Source: Lama glama (taxonomy: Eukaryota). Taken from it: 64,000 nt of DNA. The DNA lies in the NCBI GenBank assembly GCA_028534125.1, contig CM052816.1:248001-312000 (forward strand). The letters run 5' to 3'. The translations under genes and the position numbers were made by a program. The notes under the pieces were generated by a model. The model ran no database searches and was not told the DNA's origin. It saw only the letters and a list, made by a program, of their open reading frames with translations. Below are positions 14,087 to 25,100 of the stretch, in pieces (position 1 is the first letter of the stretch; each line of letters starts with the position of its first letter).

Positions 14087-15066
14087 GCTTGAGCACGCAA
14101 GGAGGCTGGTAGGGCCTAGAGTGCAGAGGCCCAGGCGTGGTGGACGTCCCTGTGTACCTGCACAGTGCTGGTGTGGTGAGCAGACCAGAAGGGGGCGGGG
14201 AGGGGGCCCTGCTAAAGAGGAGTCCAAAGGTGAGTGCTCAGTCCAGCATCCTTCCCCGGAACAGATGCAGGGTTCCTCTCCCACAGGCTGCTGGCTCCTG
14301 CCCTCCAGGTGATGCCCAGAGCACCTTCTCCGTATCAATTATATGGCAGTGCTCTATGACTCAGGTTTATGAGAGAGAGCATGACAGCCAGGGTCCTTTG
14401 ATGGAACCCCAGGATCTAACAAGATGCAGCCCCAGGCCTGGGCCAGGTCAGCTGCACTTAAAAAAGGTTGGGAATTGTCCTGAAACCAACCCCTGGAGCA
14501 GAAAGGCAGCAGTTGACCAAAAGGCCTAGCAGACTGTAACTTGAATGCACTACAGAACCTAGTGGAGTTAACAAAGGAGGCTGGCCACTCCTCTTGGCCT
14601 GCTGAATGCCAGGTAGGGCTGAGGGAGCCCTAGGAAGGGGCAGGGCAGACCAGTGCAGGCTGGGTGCAGATATCCTTGGATCCTAGACACCCTATTCCTC
14701 CCCCTGCTTTTGGTGGCCACTGTGCTCCCCCAGGAGAGTCCCTGGTATCCCTGAGGCTGAAGACAACACTAAGATCAAGGAGGCTCCAGGACCCAGAGGG
14801 ACAGGCTCAGCAGTGGCAAGGCTTCCCTGCAGCAGGAGGCGCACCCATGACCTTGATAATGTTGACAACTCACATGCCCTTTGGGCCTCATCCTAAAACT
14901 ACAACTTGACCCAATTCTAAGCCCTTTAGTCAGCTCAGTTGCAGAGAAACCCTCTGGGCTGGGGCACATGAAAAGGGAAGACAAGGCAGAGATGACTTCA
15001 TAAGCACATGATTTAAAGACACACGATTCTTCTCCCTCCACAGGCCAGAGCAGCTACCAGGCACCA

Positions 15067-18008
15067 TCACTTTTTGGTCCAAAACTTCTTGTACTGCTCC
15101 ACATCAAAGTCGTCACTGAGCTCTGGCTCCTCCTCCTTCTCCTCTCTGAGCTGGGCCTCTCGTTTCCGGAACCGTGCACGCCTCTCCTCTGGAGACAGAG
15201 AGTCCAGGTCCACAGGCATCTGCAGAGAGGAAGGTGTGTGTACACGGCTCAGGCAGAGGGGACCAGGACGTTCTCCTGGGTCGCCACTTCACCTTGCTGT
15301 TCTCTACCACACAGTTTAGGTTTTGTGTGTTCTGTTGGGTTTTCTCTCCCTTCAACGCTTTTATTCCTTAAAAAAAAGGAAAATGAAAAAAATCTTTTCC
15401 TACTTGTTTTCCCAAGACTTGATCTTTTTCAAATACATACCTCATTGCTGCTTTCTTACCTTGGTGAGTGGAGTAAGCTCCAGGTCACCCTCCTTCTCCT
15501 CCTCAAACAATTCTGGTCCATGACTTGCCCTCCCTCCCCTGTCCAGTTTCAGTAGGTTCTGAACCCACAAGCCCCTGGAGGAGCAGTTTCTACAGACTAG
15601 GTCCACTGAGACCTGCACCCCAGGGAGTGCTGGAAAGAAACTTACTGTGAGCATCCGTCTTGGCTCCCGGTAGCGGATGTGGATGGTGGAGCCATCCTGC
15701 TTGACCAGGAGCACAGGGTAGAGGCGTGCGTAGGTCTGCCGGTGTACACGAGTGAGTGAGGCTCTGTTGCAGTCAGCCCGCCAGGAGGACACACAGAGAC
15801 AGCGGCGGCTCTCGAGGGTGGCCCCTGTCACCACACGCTGCCACAGCAGGCTGCAGACATACAAGCTCTGGTCAGTGGCTGGTGCTGGGACCACAGCATT
15901 CATGTGGCCCAGCTCCTATGGGGGCCCACAGCAACCCACATCAGGGCAGGATGGGGTCAGAGCAGCTCCACTCGACATCCAGGAAGAGGCTGCAGAGGTG
16001 AGGCCACAAGGCTCTGAGATGCGTGAGGACAGAGTCTGCAGCCAGGATCCTGGCAGGTCTCTCTGGTGAGGCTTGGCCCCACAGCTATGGTACTGGACTA
16101 CAGCACTGAGAGGAAAGCTGACTTCCAGGAGAATGCAAACCTGCTGCTGTGGACATTTGTGTCCACCTCTCCCCTCCCCACAACCCCGGCCTCACTCATA
16201 TGAAGCCTTAACCCCCAGTGAGATGATGTCAGGAGGTGGGACCTTTGGGTGGTGATTAGGGTTAGATGAGGTCATGAGAGCGAGGTGCCCAAAGTAGGAT
16301 TGGTGCCCTTATAAGAGGAAGAGACCAGAGAGCTAACTCTCTCCTCCATATGAAGACACAACGAAAAGGCAGCCATATGTGAACCAGGAAGAGAGACTTC
16401 ACCAGAACCCTGCTGGCACCGAATCTCAGACTTTTAGCCTTTAGAACTGTGAGAAATAAGCTGCCTGGTTTGGTGTTCTGCAAGAGCAGCCCAAGCAGAC
16501 AGACACCTGGTCCACTTGGCTTCTGAATGCACACAGCAGAGCACATGACTCAAGGTGATAGGAAAGGGCCAGCCCCTGTTCTGACCTGCTCTACCCAGCC
16601 ACATGACCCAACATTTGTCTCATTTGCTTGATTTCCCTATCCCAGCCTTGCCCCGTGACCCCCAGAAATCCCTTCCAGCCTGGCTTTCATGCAAACTTGA
16701 ATTCAGACCCCACAGGCTGTGCCTCAGTCCATCTGTTTCCCCACAGATTCGAGGAAGAATGTCTAAATGAGTGCCAGAATGTCCTGGAATTGTCAGGTAC
16801 TCCAGAAGTGGCCTCATTCTCCCAGCATTCTTTGGAACACTTGTGGTGGACAGGCATCCTGATACTTGCCATGTGCCTTTTCCCAGCTCCCTCACTGCAC
16901 CGGCAGTCACATCAACCCAGACCACACCAGCAGACTCCCATCTGGTCCCCATAACAATTCCAATTAGGTTTCCCTGCTCTGCGGGCAGTAGTTCAAAAAC
17001 CCCAACATTCACATCACTTCAGTAGTTCCAGCCAAACTTTCAGGACTTCTCTCTCCACAAAGCAGCCAGCACCAGCACACATGCCATGCACAGCCACAGT
17101 ACAGCAGCCCCTGCTTTGGTTGTGGTTCCCACAACCCCCCTGCACTTCCCAGCTGACACCTCAGGCTGAGGGCCCATCTCCTTCACTAGTCTGATGGCCT
17201 GGAGTAAGAACTGCATCTTATTTGCTATGAAGTCCCAGACCCTGGTTGAGTGCTCAGTAAATTTTGGCAACATGAATCCAGTCCCTGCCTTTACAAGTGC
17301 ATGACCGGAGAAATGAGATGGTGGATGAGCTCCAGCACCAAAGGAACCTGCAGTCAGTTGGGCAGGGCCTGCACCTAAGCAGCACGAGGCAGCCCAGGGC
17401 GCAGCCACTCCAGAGAACCTGATGTTGGTGACTCAGGAGACTTCTGGAAGAGGGGAAAAGAGTGGATGTTCTCCCACCGTAACAGCAGTTACAATTCCAC
17501 CGTGAACCCTTCCCAGCACCAGGGCCCTCCAGGGAACACTGCAGAGTCCCCTCCCCATCTTCATACTAACCTACAGCTTCAGATGCCACATCCCTCTCCC
17601 TAGATTCTGCACAAACAGTTCAAAACTTGCATTCTTTCTCTCCTCCCACAAGGGGTGGGAGGAACAGGTAGATGGGGAGGCAGTTCTGGTGGGAAGAGCA
17701 GGAAAGCCATGGTATTCTCCAGGACCCAGAGCCTAGCTGGGCTGCAGGCTCTGAATAGGACAGTGACCACCATCACATCTGTTTGGTGCTACGTACTCAC
17801 AAGTCACTTCTGTTTTTCTCTCAACACTGTTGAGGTGTTCACACATATGTACTTGTGTGTATTCTCCAGATACACTGCCTCTGGAGGCTCTCCTGAGGCA
17901 GCACAGCCTAAGGCTCTTGAGTGAGCATTCTCTGGGTGGCCCCATTACAGCAGTCCCAAGAGGCCTGGAAGTCCACGCTTACCCCAGCAAGCTGCCCGTG
18001 ACCGCCAT
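15067..18008 (-). CDS. MRPL55: Mitochondrial ribosomal protein L55 (bL31m), 127 aa; complement(join(15067..15219,15646..15850,17983..18008))
   Basis: [18 protein letters not shown]...[72 protein letters not shown]...FWTKK*. Exons 26+205+153=384 nt, GT-AG and in phase. Confidence 0.96.
16148..16505 (+). mobile_element. MLT1 (ERVL-MaLR) solo LTR in MRPL55 intron
   Basis: ggtgggacctttgggtggtgattagggttagatgaggtcatga..., cccttataagagga, agaactgtgagaaataa. Confidence 0.8.
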
Positions 18009-18199
18009 CCCTCCTGAGAACCCCTGCAGCTCGTGACGGCCCAGAGTCAGTCAATAGTCCAGTGTGGAACCTGCTGGGCAAAGAAATAAAAGATCTTTTT
18101 AAAAGGCAGGCTTCTCCACCTCATTGAACCTCACCAAATCCCAGACAGAACAAAGCCGTCTCCAAGAGACATTACCAGTTCAGTGCCAGTCTCTCCCAA

Positions 18200-18345
18200 T
18201 AACCTATCAGGGCTTCAGCCCTGACTTGGCATTAGCATCACCTGTGGAAGATTTCTGACCCGCAGATGCCCCTGTCCTACTCCCGAAGACTCTGCCTCAG
18301 TAAGTCTGAAGCAGGACCCGGGCCCGCTCTCGTGGGTTGCAGAGT
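18200..18345. mobile_element. MER5-like DNA transposon relic
   Basis: cattagcatcacctg...gcagatgccc...ctcagtaagtctg pattern. Confidence 0.45.
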
Positions 18346-18799
18346 CAGGAAAATCACTCTGAAGATGGAGTACAATGTAAAAAGTGAAGCCTGGCTCATA
18401 CTTTGTTTTCCAAGGTCATTTCACTCTCACAAAATCCAGCAAAATAAGGATTACGAAAGGGGAGCTGGTGCTTGCTTACTAACCCCTGACTCCCAGGAAA
18501 GCGTCTGTGCTGTTTTCCGCGGTGACAAACCAGTTGTTTCAAATACCTAATACTTGAGATCCCGGTCATTAAAGAGCCCTCCCAGCCGCGACCGGCAAGT
18601 TTGCCTTGCTGTCCCCTGTCAGGGCAGGGCATCTGAGGGCCTTCCTCCGTCTTAGCAGGTGACTCGGCAGGAAACCGAAATGCTATATACCTCGAAAGCT
18701 GATGCCTGCCCATCCTCTCACCCTCGAGGGCCTGCGGTTTGCCGCTGGGCCCGGACCCTCCCTTGGGGGGAAGCCCTCCATGCCCGTGCGACGCAGCTC

Positions 18800-19117
18800 C
18801 TTTCCAGCACCAGTTTGCCACCCTTACTGCCTTCGGAGCGGCCTCCAGGACCAGCAGCCGAGCTGCTTCCGGCCAAGTGGGTGCGGTACTAGCCAGGACC
18901 CCGCACACGGTCACGGCCAACTAAACTTTCGGTCTTCCTACGGCGGCGCCGTGACGTCATCCACCGGCGCAGCGTCGTGCGGCGATGACCTATACGCCCT
19001 CTGGCAGACGCAGGGCCGACGCCGCGCTGACGTACTTCCTGAGGGGCGGGGAGAGGCCGGCGCGGCGCGGCGCGGCGCTGTGACGTAGGTCCCCGCGGGC
19101 GGTGGAGGCGGCCCCTA
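18800..19117. promoter_or_regulatory. Bidirectional CpG-island promoter of MRPL55 (-) and GUK1 (+)
   Basis: TGACGTCA 18952-18959, TGACGTA 19028-19034 and 19081-19087, ETS-like CTTCCG/CTTCCT and GC box GGGGCGGGG. A candidate MRPL55 exon-1 donor (GTAAGG on -) is at 18827 and the GUK1 ATG is at 19118. Confidence 0.8.
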
Positions 19118-22100
19118 ATGCTGCGGCGCCCGCTGGCCGGGCTGGCGGCAGCCGCCCTGGGCCGGGTATCCTCGGACGGTGAGTGGCAGCCCCTCAGAGA
19201 GGGGCGGAGGTCCCGGCGCGCGCAGGCCCGGGGAGGGCCTTCCTGGGGCGTCCGGCCCCGGGCTTGCATTTTGCAGGCTGAATCTGAGGCGGAGAGGTGG
19301 GGCCGCCGCTGCTCGCGCGTGTGGCCCCGCCCGAACCTGTGCTGAGCCGGGTGTCGTGCACCTGCCTCAGGGACTCGTGGGGCTGTGCTCGTGCATTCGG
19401 TCACGTCGCCAGCCACCGAAACTGCCCTCGGCGGCCCTCAGTTGTTCCCAGAGCTCCGTCCCAGGGCGAGCAAAGCGGGGTGGACATGGATAGAGTAGTG
19501 TGTCTTTTCGTGGAGGCAAATTGACTCCATTTGAAGGGTTGCCCTTCGTTTTGAAATGTATCCTGAGTGTCTCTGTGTTAGAATTGCCTTTGGCAGTTAC
19601 TGTTTTTACTTAGACAAATTAAACGCTGCTTCTCCTGTGTCAGTCCTCCAAATGTGGGAGGAATTTCTTCTGGCACGGGAAGCTCCAGACAGCTTGTAAA
19701 ACCCCTGCAGCCTGAGGACTTCATGCTGGATGCCATTGTGGACCCTGCAGGATGCTCAGGGACAGAGAGGGGAAGCAGCCTGACACCCTCCCCAAGGTGG
19801 ACCACACAGCAGAGCCGAAAACCCCAGGAGATCAAGGTTCTGGAGGCCTTTAGGTGGCCCTTGGAATGGCAGAGTCCCTGAAGTCCCTACCAGCTCCCCT
19901 GGCCTGTAGAAATGTGTGGTCTACTGTGAGCTCAAGGGGAGCAGCAGAGATAACAGTTGGAGAAGCCTCTTGGTGGTCCAGCTCTGGTGCTGTGTTCGGT
20001 TCCCACCACATTTTGCAAACCCAGGGGGCCTTAGGTGGGTGGAGCTGACTTCTCCAAGGACTCCCAGCTAGAATGTCCCCGGGGGACTGCTGCAGATTCC
20101 TGGCCTGCCCCACAGCTCAGCGCTGCTGGATGTTGCAGGTGTGGGTGCTCCACGCAGGAGCTGGTTATTAGTGGCAGGCCTTCCTGACTGGTGGGCATGG
20201 TAGTTGTGGTTCCCCTTCCCTCAGGATAAGAGACCTCAAGCCTAGGTTGCTGGAGCTGCCCATCTACTGTTCTTAGACATGCTTTTGGGAGCAGTGAGAG
20301 GGAGTGAGCCTCCTTCACCCAGGTGCTGGTTTGGGGAGGGACAGTGAGGTGTGCCCCCTCACCCGTTATCACTGCCTTCTGATTGGGGGTGGGGTGGAAG
20401 CTGAGGTGATGGTTGGCCAGTGTAGGATGGGTCCCACAGGGCCAGGATGTGCTTCTCATGGTCAGCCTTGAATGAGTCCCCTGTGAGCACGCCTTGGCAA
20501 CACACCTGTCCGAACTGTTGGGCTAATTGATAGCCTTCAAAGTCCAACGACCCCCATTTCTGGGCTCTCAGATAAAGCACATTCTTTCCTGGGCGTGTTT
20601 TCCCTAACAAACCAATAGCCCCAAGTAATGCCCACCTTATCAGTGTCAAACCCCACCACCCTTCACGGACCCTAAACCTCTTACCTCACCTACAACCAAA
20701 GACTTGTGCACAAGCTGATCAGGACCAACCTTATAAAAGACCAGCAACCAGCCCTCGGCGCTCATGCAGGCACTCCTCACCTGTGTGGCCGTCTGTTGCC
20801 TGTGACAGTGAACCCTAATAAACTCCTTTCTGTTCTTATACTTTATATCTCTGTAAATTCTTTCACCAACCCATGTCACTATGTCACTGGCTCACTGACT
20901 GGCTGCCCTGTTGTGTCACACAACATGAATGTGGGCTTCTCTGGGCTTTTCTTTCACTCTTAGATCTCCCAGACCACAACTGGTGAAGGACCCAGGAAAA
21001 CCTTCACCTTCACCACCAGGAGGGATCTGGGGTGGGTGTGGCTTCCTGTCTTATCATTGACGGAAATTTCCTGCCTCAAGAGCCCCAGCTCTCCCCTCTT
21101 CTTGTAATAACTGCACACACTTGCCAGCACACACCAGGCCACTCACGATCCAGGTTGGTGCCACACCTCTGATAAGTGCAGTTTGCCCAGGCTTTCCTTT
21201 AGATTCTAGGAACACGTTGACCCAGTCATTGACCTTTAAGATCAACGGTTTCTTTGAGTAGCAGATTCTGGGAGTTCAGAAGTACATTTTTCCTCATCCA
21301 TACCCAAGCTTTTTTAAAAAAAAACACCTGAACTGTTAATCTACATCTTTTGCATCACGTTTAGCATAGCCCAAGAAACACATTCAGAGGATTTGAGGAA
21401 GCGCAGGAAGGAAGAGGGTTTTATGATGTGGTTGTGAGGGGAAGGAGGTGACCACAGTCCTCCAGGAGGAAAGGGAAAGCACTGAATGTTGTGGGGTTTG
21501 GCGGGCTGACGCACAGGCAGTGAAAGAATTTACCAAAGACAGGATGAAAATAGAAAAGGCATTTAATAGGTGCGCTTCCATAGACAACAGTGAGCCACCA
21601 GACAAGAGATGCCTGTGTGAGCTCTGCAAGCCACTGAGGTCTTTTATTATGGCGGATTACATCAGGTGCCAGAGGGTCACAAGGCATGTGATCGGCTTGT
21701 GCACAAGTCTCTCATTGGTTGATGTTGAGATAATAGGGAAAGTGAAGGTCGGGAAAGGGTAGGGCTACATGACTCCAGTAGGGGGCTGTGACCAGTTCTG
21801 GTGGCATTGCATGGGCCTTGGAACAGGAATCTGCCAGATGTCTGTGGACTCTACACAAAGGGTGAACTGCTGGAGCACTGGTGTGGGGGCAGGTGCCCTG
21901 AAGTTGGGCTCTGGTCCCTGACTGAACCCATGTACTAGGCCTCTGTTTCCCCTGGTCCCTCCCTGACTGTGTATGTGCTAAGCCTCGGCTTCCTCTGGGT
22001 CCCTCTCTGATCCTGTGTGTGCTGGTTCCTGGCTGACCCTGGGTGTGCCTGGCTGTGGTTTCCCCTCCGTGAGAGTGAATCCTGCCCCACCCAGAAAGGC

Positions 22101-25100
22101 CTGGGCTTCTTCCTGCTGCATGGTGTGTTTGCCCTAGAGCCCTTTCTCTCTCCTGCTCCCTCTGCCTTCCAGTGGGACTTGAGTGAAGATCTCGTGTAGA
22201 ACTGAATCCTGCTTCTTCTCCTCGATGGAAAGAGACCCAGATGCAGCTGTGTAGTGCCGTGACATGCCCAAGTCTTCCACAGTGTGGCTTCTAGCCAGCA
22301 CTTCTGAGGGCCAAGCTTCCTCTCAGGGAAGGCACCGTCCTCACCCCACTGTGGGAAGAGGATGTGAGAAGGAAATCACTGGCTGCTTTGTTGCTGTCCC
22401 ACATCAAGCCAGGTTCTTGAAGGTTAAGTGGCTTCTTAAGGTCACTGGGCCAGGACATGTGCCACACACAGAACACCTGGGACCTAGGCCAGGGTGGTTC
22501 TCCTGTCCCACACTGCCTGTGTGGGGGCTGGAGCATGACCAGCCTTCTGACCCAGATGCTCAGGGTTCCTGATACGGTGTAGAGAGCCAGGTGGAAACCA
22601 GTGTTTTGAGGTGAGATGACGAGTAAGACTTGTGCTCAGCATGCCCCATGAGGGTGTCAGGCCCTGGGACTTCCTTGTGTAGTTTTGCAGTGTCTAGTTG
22701 TTAGAGCTTATGACTGTAACATCTGGTCATGACTGTGGGCACGGAGAAGAGGGCAGGAACTGCTAGGGAAGCATTTAGTGGCCTGTGTGCCAGCCTGGAA
22801 GTACAGGGCAGATCGACACCATGCAGCCTCTTGGTCTTGCTGGCAAGTTTACAGTGAGGAGCTTCAGGGTGCCCATGGGGGTGTGGGATGTGAGGGTGGG
22901 GCACCTGCCCAAGTTGGGCACGTGGCAAAAGAGCAGAACGTTCCTGAGGGGCTTCTTCATAGGCAGGATGGGTCCTCCCCTCCCTAGAGGTGGTTGCCCC
23001 AAGTTGGGTCCAGAAGGTGCCAGCTGCATCCCCTGGGCTGAGGATTTGTTGCTGTAAGTGAGGCCCCGGTAGGCTTTCTGGCCCTTCTCTCTGAGCATTG
23101 CCATGTGTCCACTTGGTGTTGCATGCCCCTGCCCTGGAGAAACTCACGTTCTTGTGGCACTGACATGCTGCCTGGTCTTAGGCAGACCTAAGTGGCTGAA
23201 CGACCATAGCTGCCCTGCATGCAAGGTGGGGAGGGACATGTATACAGTGGTAACCCAGCACAGTCCAGAGGCCAGGTAATGTGGTAGGCAGATCACAGCC
23301 TTCACAGCCTTTCTCTTTCCAGGGCCCCTCTAGGAGCAGCATCCTTGTTCAGGTACTTGGTGGCCCCCAGCCTCTCCTCTGCCCTCCTGTGCCCCTCTAC
23401 CCCCCCTCCCCACAGCTCTCCCCATCCTTGGTCGCTCAGCATCTAGAAAGTCAGGGCAGACCCAAGGGAGTGGGCTGGGCTGCCCATGGGACATCCATTC
23501 TGCAAAGGAAGGGACTTTGCAAAGGGCAACAGCAAGGGAGAGGTGAGACCTCTTCGTGCACCAGGCCTTAGGGGAGGGAGGGGGCTGCGCTCTGCTGGGC
23601 AGGCACCAGCAGTGGGCTTGGAGTCGGACGCACACACGTGTGGGCATGTGTGTGGTGGCACACGTGTCTGGGTAGGAAAGTTCGGACACCAGAAAAGAGC
23701 TTGGTGTCTAGTGGGACTGACTGTTACTCAATGAAAATGATGTACTGTTGTAGTAGGAAACTTCAAGAGGCAAAGGAGCTAAGAATTGGTCACTTAGAGA
23801 TGGCAGAGTATGGATGAATTCTTCTGGGTCTCTTTCTGTTATCTCTGTTCAGAAGTGCAGCATGTTTCCCACATTCTTCTGTAGGCATTTGCATATGGCA
23901 TGATGGTCCCAGAATAGCGGTGCTTTAGCCAGATTACCCAGGTTGGCCTACATTGTGGATTAAGAAAGCAGTGCCCACCTGGGGCCCTGCTGGAAAGCTG
24001 CCCAGGCTGGGTGTCCCTCAGCAGAGTGGTCTGTCCCTCCTAGGCCTCACTGCTGGTCTGCTGGCCACCGACTGCTCCTTGGGGACTTCCACACCTTACC
24101 AGGCAGCCCGAGGACACAGCCCTGCAGGGCCAGGCCAGCTCACCACATGCCCTCCCGGAATCTCCTTCTGCATACCTCCCAGCTCCCCTGCTCAGTGTCC
24201 ACCTCAATTCCCATCTTCTGAGGCTCCCGAAGCACCTGACCTTCCTCAGCGCGTTTTGCTCACGTGGCTGGGTGGGGAGGTGTGCTTCTCTGGGGTGAGG
24301 AGCAGCCCTTTCCCTCTGTGCTGGGCAGGTGGTGCTGGCTGCGCTGGCAGGGATTTAGTGCTCAGAGGGTGAGGCACAGGCAGGGATTACCAGTCTCCAG
24401 CCAGCTCATCCAGAGCAGCCCCAGGCTGAGTACAGAGGCTGTACCCCACCCAGAAGGTAGGTCCTGTGTGAAGGGTGTTGGGGTGGTCTAACGAGCACAG
24501 AGCTGGCTAAGCTGATGCCCCCCAGAGCTCCCCAACTCTTCCTACCCTCAGTGTTCTCACTTGTGGCAGGTGTATGAGCCCTGTGCTGTGAGCTGGGAGG
24601 GTGGCCCCCACTGCTCTCCTTACTGGCTTCATGAGACTCAAGTATCAGAGAGGTAGGTCAGGAACCTGGTCCCTCGAAGTCAGCCCCTCACTTTTCAATG
24701 GAAGTTCCCAGAACAGGGCTTGGGTTCTACTGACCTTGACCAAGGGCACCTCTGGGGCTTGGTGCCAGGAGATGCAGGAATGGGGACCCAGACATGCCCC
24801 TCCCAGGAGCCAAAGTAGGAGGGGACGGCTGGGGCGGCCGCATGCTCGTGGTGAGTGCATGTGTTACCAGGTAGCCCGCCCCAAAGGAAGGCACGGCTGG
24901 AGCCTGAGCACGGCTCTGAGTGACTGCCCACAGCTCTGCCCAATTCCTGGGGTGAATTAACTTGGGGCAGAGATGGGGGCACTGCAGCCACCTCACCCAC
25001 TTCCATAGGAAGCAGGTCCCTCAGGCCCTGCTCATTATTTGTCCCCCGTCACCTATAGGGATGTCAGGACCAAGGCCTGTTGTCCTGAGCGGACCCTCGG

